This document shows positions 54,804 through 64,000 of a stretch of DNA of 64,000 nt, piece after piece. The notes beneath the pieces were generated by a model, which was not told where the DNA came from, made no database searches, and saw nothing but the letters and a program-made list of their open reading frames with translations. Source of the DNA: Bacteroidales bacterium (GTDB lineage Bacteria > Bacteroidota > Bacteroidia > Bacteroidales > VadinHA17); the NCBI GenBank assembly GCA_046329885.1, contig JAXLTU010000002.1:144520-208519 (forward strand), read 5' to 3'. The translations under genes and the position numbers were made by a program. Each line of letters opens with the position of its first letter. The stretch's first letter is position 1.

Positions 54804-56310
54804 TTAAAGGGAGCTTAATTGTGAAACAGCATCCCGGGTCAGTATTGTTAACCTCTATCGACCCATCATGCAACCTAATAGCCATCGCGGCAAAACTCAG
54901 ACCGAGGCCATAACCTTTAACATCGTGTGTACCGGATGGTATCCTGAAGAATTTTTCGAATATCCTTTTCTGGTATTCACGAGGTATACCCGGACCGTTA
55001 TCGCTTACTCTTATCACGTAAAACCCGGATTCTGTTCCGGTAATTATTCTTACATCAGGAACCTTATCGCAATACTTCAGGCTATTATCAACGAGATTTA
55101 TGAGTACGCCCTTGAGAATGAGTCTATCCGCCCTGACATGTTTTCTTTCAGGCGATGACACATGCTGAATGTTTCCTCCACCAGGCAGTCTCTGCGACAT
55201 TATGGCCGTGACTTCCCCGGCTATCTCGTCGGGATCGCAATCAGAGAAATTCATCATGTCATTGTCTTCTCCAAGAAGAGACTGGTCAAGAACCTTGTTT
55301 ATCAGTTCCGCAAGCCTGCGGGTCTCTGCAGCTGCTATGGAAAGATACTCGTCAGTCACCTTCCTGTCTTCCTTCATGTTGTACTTACCCAGGGCTTCAA
55401 GAACAACATTTAACGTGGAAACAGGAGTCTTGAGTTCATGAGTTATATTATAAATAAACTCGGTCCTCAGATTATCAATCACCTGGTGGTTACGGATACT
55501 CCGGTAAGAGAGCCAGAACGCCGCGGCTGTAAGAATTATCAGGACCAGGCCGAATGCAAACTGGGGAAATATCTTGCGAAATACATAACCATTATACTTT
55601 ATTATAGCAGCATCAGGAAGGTTGAAAGGTGAATAAGGACCAATATTAATCATCCTTTTCATATTATTTCCGGCTGAATCAATGCCCTTTTCCTCCCATG
55701 CAATAGCCAGATCAAGACCTGCTCCCCTGAGCAGGTCACTAAAATGTCTTTTGAACATCGCCGTATCTGGCGTCAACATGAAGGTCATCGCGTGACCAGT
55801 TTTAATATCCATTGTATCTCTGCTGCTCTTGTCAACCATTAACTTAACTCCCCTGATGAAAAAATCCTCGTTAAGTTCAATGTGCCTATTACTTTTGAAG
55901 CCAACACTATCAGGATTTGTTTTAACCTTTATTGATACTATCCCATGAGCAAGGTTAGTATCAAGCGGCCTGCTAAGTCTGACGATACCAGTCCTTTGAG
56001 CCTCAGAACCGCTGCTTATGTATTTTGAGGTAAGCGTAACAGTGTCTTTATGAATAACAATACCGGAGTCCATTATAGGACTGATGTACCTGTTGAATAT
56101 GAGAGTATCAACTACCTGATCGCTGGCTTCAATGTAAAAGCTGGTGAGGTCTTTTTGCAGTTGTTTCTTTTCATCCCTGAATTGCATTCTAAGCCATTGG
56201 AATACGAAAACGACGAGCAAAAGCTGGCTTGCCACCATCAGCACAGGGATCAATAATTGCCTTTTATTCTTAATCATAACCATCTGGACACAAAGATAAT
56301 ATGTAAACAA
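54796..56310 (-). CDS. Sensor histidine kinase
   Basis: Two TM segments flank a periplasmic domain. H-box FIYNITHELKTPV, and HATPase DNGPGIP...GYGLGLSF. It overlaps the RR gene by 8 nt. Confidence 0.85.
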   Translation of the reverse strand: MFTYYLCVQMVMIKNKRQLLIPVLMVASQLLLVVFVFQWLRMQFRDEKKQLQKDLTSFYIEASDQVVDTLIFNRYISPIMDSGIVIHKDTVTLTSKYISSGSEAQRTGIVRLSRPLDTNLAHGIVSIKVKTNPDSVGFKSNRHIELNEDFFIRGVKLMVDKSSRDTMDIKTGHAMTFMLTPDTAMFKRHFSDLLRGAGLDLAIAWEEKGIDSAGNNMKRMINIGPYSPFNLPDAAIIKYNGYVFRKIFPQFAFGLVLIILTAAAFWLSYRSIRNHQVIDNLRTEFIYNITHELKTPVSTLNVVLEALGKYNMKEDRKVTDEYLSIAAAETRRLAELINKVLDQSLLGEDNDMMNFSDCDPDEIAGEVTAIMSQRLPGGGNIQHVSSPERKHVRADRLILKGVLINLVDNSLKYCDKVPDVRIITGTESGFYVIRVSDNGPGIPREYQKRIFEKFFRIPSGTHDVKGYGLGLSFAAMAIRLHDGSIEVNNTDPGCCFTIKLPLNA

Positions 56311-56408
56311 CTACGATTCCCGGCCATTAACCTTAATTAACCTAAATTACTTTTTCCTTAACATGCCACCTCATTTCAGCGTGATACTTTTGGGGAAAAT
56401 AATTTAAT

Positions 56409-57191
56409 ATGAAATCAATTTTACCACTAATGTTCCTATGCTTAGTCCTGGTTCCGGCAAGGGGACAGGATGAAAAGAAAGCTACCCTTTATTCAGGTAA
56501 GATAACTTACATCGAATGCACAAAACTCGACATCAAGCTGGAAGGAGATGCAGCCCAGTTCGCGGCCAATCTGCCAAAGGAGCAAAAAACGGAGAAAGTT
56601 TTGCTCTTCAGTAATGATGCTACAATGTTCCAGGAAGGAAGTAATGTTGAAGAAGAGATGGAAATGACCCAGGGTGAAGGTGTACATATCAGGATGGTCC
56701 CCGGAGGCAACAACAAGCTCTATACTGACCTGAAAAACAAAACCACCCTTGACCAGCGTGACTTCATGAACCGGATGTTCATCGTTGAAAGGCCCATCAT
56801 CCCGCAGGAATGGAAAGTAACCGGAAATCAGAAAAATATCCTGGGATATAATTGCCTGGAAGCCGTGAAACAGGATACGAGCGGCAAGAAGACAATTGCC
56901 TGGTTCGCACCGGCAATACCGGTCCAGGGAGGTCCGTCAGTATTAAACAGCCTCCCAGGAATGATACTTGAAGCAGATTTAGATAATGGGGCAAGGACTT
57001 ATATAACAAAGTCAATCGAGGATATCAGCCTGAAGGATCTAAAATTGGAGAAACCGAAAGAAGGTAAAAAAGTATCTGAAGATGAATTTAAATCAATAAT
57101 CGCCGAAAAGATGAAAGAGATGGGAATCGAGGGAGATGCAGGCAATGGCGGCGGCAATCAGGTCAGGGTCTGGATGATAAAAAGGCAATAA
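56409..57191 (+). CDS. GLPGLI family protein
   Basis: Signal peptide, and the family-defining segment NSLPGMILEADLDNG (GLPGLI variant). Confidence 0.8.
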   Translation: MKSILPLMFLCLVLVPARGQDEKKATLYSGKITYIECTKLDIKLEGDAAQFAANLPKEQKTEKVLLFSNDATMFQEGSNVEEEMEMTQGEGVHIRMVPGGNNKLYTDLKNKTTLDQRDFMNRMFIVERPIIPQEWKVTGNQKNILGYNCLEAVKQDTSGKKTIAWFAPAIPVQGGPSVLNSLPGMILEADLDNGARTYITKSIEDISLKDLKLEKPKEGKKVSEDEFKSIIAEKMKEMGIEGDAGNGGGNQVRVWMIKRQ

Positions 57192-57199
57192 AGAGTGCT

Positions 57200-59950
57200 A
57201 TGAGGACAGTAGTTGCAACAATTGCCTTCCTGTTGTTTTCAGGGGCAGCCATGGGCCAGAATTTTTCAGTCAAAGGAGACGTGCTGGATGAAAAGGCAGA
57301 ACCACTATCATCAGTGGCGGTGGTTCTGCTTAACCCTGTTGATTCAACTCTCCAGTATTTCGCGGTCACTGGAAAGACAGGCCAGTTCGAGATAAACAAT
57401 ATCAGAAACGGGTCTTACCTAATACAGGTCTCTCTTCTTGGATTCAACACCATTTACAGAAAAATATCCCTACCCTCCGCCGAAGGAGGAAACCTTGGAT
57501 CGTTGATAATGACGCCAAAGGTTTATAGCATGAACGAGGTGAAGGTGACGGGCGACCGCATCCCGATGAAGTTCCTAAACGACACCATTGAGTATAATGC
57601 CAAGGCCTTCAAGGTAAAGCCAGATGGTGTTGCTGAGGATCTCATCAGGAAGCTCCCGGGCATTGAGGTTGACCGCGCGGGTAACATCAAAGCCATGGGA
57701 GAGAATGTGAAGAATGTGCTTGTTGATGGCAAGGAGTTCTTCGGTAACGATCCCAAAGTTGCTACCAGGAATCTGCCTGCCGATGCCATCGACAAGGTCC
57801 AGCTTTTTGACAAGCAAAGTGATGAATCGAGATTCACGGGCATCGACGACGGGGAACGAAACCCCACGCTTAATCTCATGCTTGACGAGAACAAGAAGAG
57901 TGGCATCTTCGGCGATGTAACAGGTGGATATGGATCAGAAAATCACGGACTGGCTAACGCAAAGGTTTATCGTTTCACCAAGAAGAGCCAGTTCGCCATG
58001 CTCGGGATGTATAACAACATCAACCAGTTCGGCTTTTCTGTTGGCGATTTCATTAACTTCAGTGGCGGGATATCCGCCTTGTCGGGTGGCGGGGGACATG
58101 TTGTCCTAGGAGGAGAAAGCAGTTTCCCCGTTAACTTCGGACAACCTGTTTACGGCACCGGTTCAAACGGCGCTGTCGGATTGAATTACTCGAGGTTTAA
58201 ATCGCAGGACGACCGTGTCTTCATTAGCTACATGGGAAACGGGTCATCGATTAACCTTGAAGAGGAATCATCTACAAAAAATTTTATCCCTGATTCTTAT
58301 TACAGAGTTGAAGAATCTAAAAGGCAGCAGAAAAGAGATTCAGCGCACAGGGTTAATTTCGGGATAAGGAAACGATTTGGTGATTACCAGAACCTGATTG
58401 TTAACGGCGGAATCTCATACAACACATCAGCAAACCCGTTGTCATCCTCATCATCGAGTTACATGAATGAGGCAGGAGTAAACAACCTTGACAGGACAAC
58501 CAGCGACATGGCCTCGAGGTTCGCTGGTAATGCAGATGCGTCGTACCAGTTAAAATCCAGGAGCGGCAAGAGCATAGTCAAGTTTTCCGGCAGGGGAAGT
58601 TACTCGGGAACCGAATCCGAATCAAGGTACATGAACAGGGTGGAATATCTTAACCCGTACCAGCTCGACGTCACTAACCAGTTCTATAACCTCAATAGCG
58701 AAATCATTTCGGCTTCCGGCACCTTTTCACTCACGCGGAGAGTCTCAAAATCTTCATTCGCCGAGTTATCATTAGGTGGAGGAATGAATAACGAGAATCT
58801 GAAGAGAAGACAAGGCCTCGCCGGAAATGAATTAACTCCTGACCCGGCACTCAGTCCCGATTTTTCAAAATCAGAACGATACATCAAGCCCTCACTGATT
58901 TGGCGTCTGTCTACCGCTAAAACTAAACTGTTGTTAGGTATTGCTTCCAACACGGGTAATTTTTCAACAATTCTTAATGATGACAACGGCAATAAAAAAT
59001 CTTACGGTTATTTGCTGCCACGAGCCTCATGGGAATACGAGTACCGATCGGGACGTCGTTTAATGGCTGACTATTCAACATCGGTTACCCTGCCTTCAGC
59101 CTCCCAGTTGTTACCTGTTGTCAATAACCTAAATGCCCTATCACTGTCATATGGTAACCGGGAACTCAAACCTGAATATAATAACGATGCAAGACTCACC
59201 TGGTGGCTATTTGACCAGTTCTCATTTACAACTCTTCTCACTAGTATTAACGCGAGGTACACGACCGACAAGATCAATTTTGCAAGAACGGTTGATTCCA
59301 ACCTTGGTCAGACAGCCAGGCTCATAAATGTAAAGGACAACTTTAACGCCGGTGCCAACATTGACTTCTCAACCCCGTTCAAACCTTTCGGCATAATGGT
59401 CAGCTTTTCATTTAACGAGGACTACAACAGGGGAACAACAATAGTCAACGACATCAGTAATGACAACCGCAATTTCACGCATAACCTGTCATTTACAATT
59501 AGCAACAGGAAAAAAGACAAATGGGACATCGAGACCGGGACTGCGCTTAAAGTGACCCAGTCTAAATACTCTGTTCAAAGCAATCTTGATAATGTCTACA
59601 GCGACATTTCGTGGTTTGGTGAAACAAGATACACTCCCGGCAAGAAACTCAGCTTCATGGTTTCAGCCGACATCACGAGTTATTCGGCAAAGACCTTCGA
59701 CCAGTCTAAACTCATTCCTATACTTGGGGCGGAGATGAATTATTATTTCCTCAGGAACCAAAGAGGGACACTCACTCTTTCGGGTGTGGACCTGCTTAAC
59801 AGGAACACCGGTTTGGAAAGGCGGAGCGAACTTAACTATCTGATCGAGAAGAAATCGAACATGATAGGCAGGTACGTGATGCTGTCTTTCAAGTACAGGC
59901 TCAACAAGTTCGGAGACAATTCCAGTGGAATTGACGTGAAGATCCGTTGA
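57200..59950 (+). CDS. Outer-membrane beta-barrel family protein (CarboxypepD_reg-like + TonB-dependent-receptor plug-like + barrel)
   Basis: Signal peptide, FSVKGDVLDEKAEPLSSVAVVLLN (carboxypeptidase-regulatory-like fold), the plug-like segment DLIRKLPGIEVDRAGNIKAMGENVKNVLVDGKEFF, and the terminal YVMLSFKYRL strand region. Confidence 0.8.
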   Translation: MRTVVATIAFLLFSGAAMGQNFSVKGDVLDEKAEPLSSVAVVLLNPVDSTLQYFAVTGKTGQFEINNIRNGSYLIQVSLLGFNTIYRKISLPSAEGGNLGSLIMTPKVYSMNEVKVTGDRIPMKFLNDTIEYNAKAFKVKPDGVAEDLIRKLPGIEVDRAGNIKAMGENVKNVLVDGKEFFGNDPKVATRNLPADAIDKVQLFDKQSDESRFTGIDDGERNPTLNLMLDENKKSGIFGDVTGGYGSENHGLANAKVYRFTKKSQFAMLGMYNNINQFGFSVGDFINFSGGISALSGGGGHVVLGGESSFPVNFGQPVYGTGSNGAVGLNYSRFKSQDDRVFISYMGNGSSINLEEESSTKNFIPDSYYRVEESKRQQKRDSAHRVNFGIRKRFGDYQNLIVNGGISYNTSANPLSSSSSSYMNEAGVNNLDRTTSDMASRFAGNADASYQLKSRSGKSIVKFSGRGSYSGTESESRYMNRVEYLNPYQLDVTNQFYNLNSEIISASGTFSLTRRVSKSSFAELSLGGGMNNENLKRRQGLAGNELTPDPALSPDFSKSERYIKPSLIWRLSTAKTKLLLGIASNTGNFSTILNDDNGNKKSYGYLLPRASWEYEYRSGRRLMADYSTSVTLPSASQLLPVVNNLNALSLSYGNRELKPEYNNDARLTWWLFDQFSFTTLLTSINARYTTDKINFARTVDSNLGQTARLINVKDNFNAGANIDFSTPFKPFGIMVSFSFNEDYNRGTTIVNDISNDNRNFTHNLSFTISNRKKDKWDIETGTALKVTQSKYSVQSNLDNVYSDISWFGETRYTPGKKLSFMVSADITSYSAKTFDQSKLIPILGAEMNYYFLRNQRGTLTLSGVDLLNRNTGLERRSELNYLIEKKSNMIGRYVMLSFKYRLNKFGDNSSGIDVKIR

Positions 59951-59974
59951 CCTAGGGCTTAAGCCCTTGGCTTG

Positions 59975-61639
59975 TCATGGGGTAGACCCGGGCTTGTAGC
60001 CGGGTCCCCTGACAACCCTCCCGGGAAGAGCACCGGTGTGTTCGCCATCAACAAGGACGAACACACCGTTTACCACGACATACTTCATCCCTGTAGCGAA
60101 CTGGTGTGGCTTATCAAAGGTTGCATTATCTTTAATACTGTCGGCATCAAAAACAACTATGTCCGCGAAATATCCTTCCTTTAATGCACCTCTCTTTTTG
60201 ATCTTCATGTTTGTTGCAGGTAGTGAAGTCAGTTTCCGTACCGCTTCTTCAAGGGTTATAACTTTCTCTTCCCTGACATATTTACCCAGCAGCCTGGCGA
60301 AATTTCCATAAGCTCTCGGATGGGTGCTGAACCTGAGGAATACCCCTTCAGGGCTGTAAGACCCGCCATCGGAGCAAAAACTCATCCACGGGAGAGCGAT
60401 TTGCTTTTTCACGTTATCTTCCGACATAGAGAAATACACGACGCTGACCCTGCTCCCGTCCTGTATGACCAGATCCATCACGGTTTCCTCGGGTGACCTG
60501 CCTCGCGATGCGGCAATCTCCGCGAGAGTCTTACCAGTGAGGTATTTGAGTGAATCATTATTAAACCCTATAACAAGGACCTTTTCAGCACTACCGCATT
60601 TTTTGTCGATAATCGTTTTTATATGAGGCGCTATCTTTTTCCTGACAGCCGGGTCTTTTAACCTCTTTGCCCAACTATCATAACCTCCCTCCTGTACCCA
60701 GTCGGGCATAATGATGTCAAAGCCTGTCGAACTGGCGATGTAGTTATACATGTCTGCCGTAATACTCAATCCGGAAGCCCGCGCTGAATCAATAAGTGAA
60801 ATTACATCATCCAGCAAATCCCAGCTCTCGGTGCCTGACTGTTTAAGGTGATAAACCTCTGCCCGGACACCCGTTTTGTTTGCAACCCCGATCAATTCCC
60901 TCACGGAGCCGATTAGCCCGTTGCTCTCGTCGCGGACATGCGAGATATACATACCATCATATTTATTTACTTCTGCGGCTAGGGCTTCAATCTCATCTTT
61001 ATCGGCGAAGCTCGCGGGCACGTACTGAAGTGCTGAGCTCAGACCAACGGCGCCTTCTTCCATCGCCTGCCTGACAAGGAGTTTCATCGAATCGAGTTCA
61101 ACAGGAGTTGGTTTTCGGTTTTCATAACCGATAAAGTTTATTCTGATTGTTGTTGCCCCGACGAACGAGGCTATATTAGGAGAAACACCTTTCTTCTGAA
61201 GAAAATCCAGGAACTGGCCCATGGTTGTCCACGATATGTCATACTTGATATCCCCTTCAGCAGCCTTCATTTCCCTTTTCATCTTCTCGTCGAGAGGACC
61301 CATTGAGTCTCCCTCACCAAGTACCTCCAGAGTAACTCCCTGCCTTATGTCACCCTGTGAACGCCCGTCTTCTATAAGTGATTCGTTTGCCCAGCTAAGC
61401 ATATTTATAAATCCCGGGGCAACGGCTAGACCGCTCGCATCCACAACCTTTTCTGCACGGGCTTTGGTAAGATCCCCTATTATGGCGATGGTATCAGCTA
61501 TTATGCCTAGATCCGCTTTGAATGAGGGGTTACCGCTACCATCATACACGTTGCCGTTTTTGATTATTATGTCGTAAACAGGACCCTTGCAACTAACACA
61601 GACGGCAATTACAAAAAATGTGACAACCAGTTTTTTCAT
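59975..61639 (-). CDS. N-acyl-D-amino-acid deacylase (D-aminoacylase) family amidohydrolase, lipoprotein
   Basis: Lipobox VCVSCK, N-terminal DIIIKNGNVYDGSGNP, and the central and C-terminal amidohydrolase pattern (FCSDGG, GYFADIVVFD). Confidence 0.8.
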   Translation of the reverse strand: MKKLVVTFFVIAVCVSCKGPVYDIIIKNGNVYDGSGNPSFKADLGIIADTIAIIGDLTKARAEKVVDASGLAVAPGFINMLSWANESLIEDGRSQGDIRQGVTLEVLGEGDSMGPLDEKMKREMKAAEGDIKYDISWTTMGQFLDFLQKKGVSPNIASFVGATTIRINFIGYENRKPTPVELDSMKLLVRQAMEEGAVGLSSALQYVPASFADKDEIEALAAEVNKYDGMYISHVRDESNGLIGSVRELIGVANKTGVRAEVYHLKQSGTESWDLLDDVISLIDSARASGLSITADMYNYIASSTGFDIIMPDWVQEGGYDSWAKRLKDPAVRKKIAPHIKTIIDKKCGSAEKVLVIGFNNDSLKYLTGKTLAEIAASRGRSPEETVMDLVIQDGSRVSVVYFSMSEDNVKKQIALPWMSFCSDGGSYSPEGVFLRFSTHPRAYGNFARLLGKYVREEKVITLEEAVRKLTSLPATNMKIKKRGALKEGYFADIVVFDADSIKDNATFDKPHQFATGMKYVVVNGVFVLVDGEHTGALPGRVVRGPGYKPGSTP

Positions 61640-61787
61640 AGCTTCATGAATATTACCTACATAAATATAGATAAATAATCAGTCAGTCAATTTTTAGTGC
61701 AATACAGGGTAGAAGAAATCAGGATAACTATTAAATAACATGGCCAGTGGAACAAGTATTTAATATTTTTATGGAAACAAATGTTTT

Positions 61788-62233
61788 ATGAAAATCACGA
61801 TTCCTGTTTTGATCCTTACAATAATTCTCGCTACCGCTGGTAAGGAAAGTCTTGCACAAAAAGCCGGCAGGCTTCCATCCGGTTCGACCAGTGGTGCTTA
61901 TTACACCGGGAAGTACAGGGATCTTTTTCTCGAGAACGGGCACGCCAGGAAGGAAACGAGGATGCGGTTGGAGAAGGAATAAAGACATATGGAACAGAAT
62001 ACTCTCTCGACGGCAAGAAGCTAAACAACTCACATGCGAAAGGACTTGTTGCAACAAACGCGGTGATGAGCCTGGCTGCAACCCACGACCTGGCAAAGGA
62101 TTTCGTTGAAGAATTATGGAACATTCCAGTCCCGTCATCATTTAACGAACGTTACTACGAGGGACTTCTTTACATGATGGCAATGTTACATTGCAGCGGT
62201 CAGTTCAGGATTTATGAACCCGTCAAACGCTGA
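61788..62233 (+). pseudogene. Remnant of a GH8 gene (reducing-end xylose-releasing exo-oligoxylanase-like): N-terminal ~60 codons fused out of frame to the C-terminal ~85 codons
   Basis: The N-terminal frame has a signal peptide plus GAYYTGKYRDLFLENG and stops at 61980-82. From about 61970 another frame reads GIKTYGTEYSLDGKKLNNSHAKGLVATNAVMSLAATHDLAKDFVEELWN...RYYEGLLYMMAMLHCSGQFRIYEP up to the stop at 62231-33. Both pieces match GH8 termini as I remember them, and the ~300-aa catalytic core is absent. Confidence 0.7.
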
Positions 62234-62392
62234 GACCACGGGGGGCAGATCATTTTATTAATTATGAGTAATGGACCTTCCCCTGCAAGGGAAAGCCTTA
62301 ATAAAAACCGGTGAAACTTGACTTCATCCTTGTTATTCGTTAACTTTGATATAACAGACATCGCATAAATAGCAGGACAAAATCTGAAACCC

Positions 62393-63277
62393 ATGAAGAA
62401 GTTTATTTTAACCACGATGCTACTCGTGTTTGTGGCAGGAATGTATCTGAAAGCCCAGGATCCTGTTGATACGACAAAGGTATACAGGTTTGAAATGAAG
62501 GATGGCAACACTTTCACCGGCAAAATCATGCGGGAGGATATGCTTTACATAACCATAAATTCCGAAAAATACGGGGAAGTGAGGCTCGCAATAGACGAAA
62601 TAAAGAGCAGAAAAGAATTACAGGAGGTCATTACCGTGGATGGGAAAGTATGGCTGCCTAACCCCCAGTCGTCGAGGTATTTCTGGGGCCCCAACGGGTT
62701 CGGCCTGAGCAAGGGAGAAGCCTACTACCAGAACATCTGGATCCTTTACAACCAGGCCTCGGTCGGGTTAACCAATAATTTCTCCGTTGGCGCGGGAATT
62801 TTGCCTCTCTTCCTTTTTAATGGTGCTCCCACCCCCATGTTCCTGGTACCCAAGTTTTCAATACCGGTTGTGAAGGACAAATTCAACATTGGCACCGGTG
62901 CCTTCCTTGGAACGGTTCTCGGTGAAGATACCGGCGTGTTCGGCCTTATGTATGGTACCGGTACAGTTGGATCGAGGGATAAAAACGTCAGCCTGGGGTT
63001 CGCGTATGGATTTGCCCAGGACAGCTGGATGGACCGGCCGGTGATTAACCTGAGCACGATGATAAGGACAGGGCCGAGGGGATATTTCATTTCCGAGAAC
63101 TACTACTTTCCAATTGAAGGGGAGAATCTCCTTCTTGTCTCGATGGGTGGAAGAACCATAATCAGGAACGTGGGCCTTGATTACAGTTTGTGGCTGCCAT
63201 TTTTCGAAGATATGGATGGCTTCGTGGCAATACCATTCATTGGAATATCAATCCCTTTCGGGAAAACAAATCATTGA
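62393..63277 (+). CDS. Hypothetical secreted/OM protein
   Basis: Signal peptide MKKFILTTMLLVFVAGMYLKAQ. The C-terminal half is Gly/aromatic-rich. No motif recognised. Confidence 0.5.
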   Translation: MKKFILTTMLLVFVAGMYLKAQDPVDTTKVYRFEMKDGNTFTGKIMREDMLYITINSEKYGEVRLAIDEIKSRKELQEVITVDGKVWLPNPQSSRYFWGPNGFGLSKGEAYYQNIWILYNQASVGLTNNFSVGAGILPLFLFNGAPTPMFLVPKFSIPVVKDKFNIGTGAFLGTVLGEDTGVFGLMYGTGTVGSRDKNVSLGFAYGFAQDSWMDRPVINLSTMIRTGPRGYFISENYYFPIEGENLLLVSMGGRTIIRNVGLDYSLWLPFFEDMDGFVAIPFIGISIPFGKTNH

Positions 63278-63324
63278 TGAGCTGATTAGCTGAGCAGGTG
63301 AAATATCACCTGGCTACCAGGTAG

Positions 63325-63642
63325 CTATTTTACACTGACCAGGTAGCTGACTCCTTTGCCCGTGGAACCTGCATAGTCGATCTCGCTCCTGGTTGACGAT
63401 CCGATATAACCTCCAGGGTTGATAACGAATATCTCATCGGCGAGATCTATCTTTCTCTTGTGCATATCGTCAAGCATCAGCTTTGTTGATGGGTCCATCG
63501 CTTCTCCATCGCCGGAATGTCCAAATAACCCGACACTAATAACGATATTCCCTTCAAGAGTAAGACGTTTCTGCTCGGCGAGAAACTCGTCCCTGAAACG
63601 GGTACTGCCACATAAAGTTATTATCCTGTATTTACCAATCAT
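63325..63642 (-). CDS. Small Rossmann-like protein (nucleoside 2-deoxyribosyltransferase-like / SLOG-type fold guess)
   Basis: 105 aa. The pattern IITLCGSTRF...KIDLADEIFVINPGGYIGSSTRSEIDYA resembles NDT-like small proteins. The assignment is tentative. Confidence 0.35.
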   Translation of the reverse strand: MIGKYRIITLCGSTRFRDEFLAEQKRLTLEGNIVISVGLFGHSGDGEAMDPSTKLMLDDMHKRKIDLADEIFVINPGGYIGSSTRSEIDYAGSTGKGVSYLVSVK

Positions 63643-63680
63643 ATTTGAGTTTTTTACAATTCACTCCAGGGAGGACCATC

Positions 63681-64000
63681 TCATTCAAGTGAACCGGGTT
63701 TGTCAATTTTCAGAATGATCCAGACCGAAACCAAAACTTCTATCATACTGAGAGGGACGGCGTAGATTAGCAGACCATGAGGTAGTACTGACAGATTACC
63801 GATTACCAGCCACATAAGTATGAAGCCGTTAAGCCAGGACAACAAGGCTGTCTGGAGAAACGAGAATTTTCTTGAAATGAAGTAAACTGACAACGAGAAC
63901 ATCAAAGCCCAAATACCCCAAACAGCACCATTAACGGGCTTTCCCGGGAAGGTGAGTCCCAGTTTGCTATAGTGATCCGTCCATAATGCTTTGAAAAAAA
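63681..64000 (-). CDS. Hypothetical membrane protein; 5' end lies outside the window
   Basis: The minus-strand frame stays open from the stop at 63681-83 to the window edge. The protein is very hydrophobic (WGIWALMFSLSVYFISRKFSFLQTALLSWLNGFILMWLVIG). Confidence 0.5.
   Translation of the reverse strand, partial: FFKALWTDHYSKLGLTFPGKPVNGAVWGIWALMFSLSVYFISRKFSFLQTALLSWLNGFILMWLVIGNLSVLPHGLLIYAVPLSMIEVLVSVWIILKIDKPGSLE

Noticed and set aside
61731-62141. ORFs 61731..62141(-), 61831..62124(-) and 61852..62109(+) overlapping the GH8 remnant.
   Set aside because: They have no motifs and Arg/Pro/Gly-biased composition. The locus is better explained by the two GH8-like fragments in other frames.

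Overview
This 64-kb window looks like chromosomal DNA from a Bacteroidota-type genome. The evidence is a T9SS C-terminal sorting domain, a GLPGLI protein, a CarboxypepD_reg/plug outer-membrane (OM) barrel, many lipoprotein or SPI signal peptides, and a TAnnTTTG-like -7 box. I support about 50 protein-coding genes. I recognised no rRNA, tRNA, CRISPR array, integrase or transposase. Recognisable content, in order: a 5'-truncated phosphoesterase; a TetR-HlyD-MFS(DHA2)-TolC efflux operon; a 7-gene block of poorly characterised genes (7.0-13.8 kb); an OM barrel and an SRPBCC protein; a 1619-aa multi-PAS/GAF hybrid histidine kinase; an esterase, GH140 and GNAT; a DUF2721-like protein and a DCC thiol-disulfide oxidoreductase; an S9 peptidase; a second hybrid kinase; small orphan genes; an F420-type NADP reductase-like protein, an AlkD-like protein and a TIGR03067-like protein; two GH43 genes; an ABC-2 exporter; a VCBS/ASPIC protein coupled to a PAP2/vanadium-haloperoxidase-like protein; L-lactate dehydrogenase; a 1173-aa N-terminal-barrel plus Ig-repeat protein; a frameshifted TPR gene; a T9SS cargo protein; a nitroreductase; an OmpR/HK pair next to GLPGLI and an OM barrel; a D-aminoacylase; and a gutted GH8 remnant. 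The most unusual signals are as follows. (1) A ~0.65-kb non-coding, GC-richer mosaic at 24.6-25.3 kb is built almost entirely of phase-locked 7-nt units separated by conserved AAAGCTGYAGAGGC boxes. Two smaller related heptamer arrays lie at 15.2 kb and 44.05 kb. (2) The 7.0-13.8 kb block combines three signal-peptide-less hydrolases (SGNH, papain-like C1, NucH-like EEP nuclease) with TM/coiled-coil proteins and a divergent promoter carrying five helically phased 10-bp repeats. I treat it as a candidate conflict/defence-type island, by inference only. (3) Two proteins have an N-terminal OM barrel followed by long C-terminal repeat arrays. All function calls come from motif recognition by eye. 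No database search, GC calculation or RNA folding was run.
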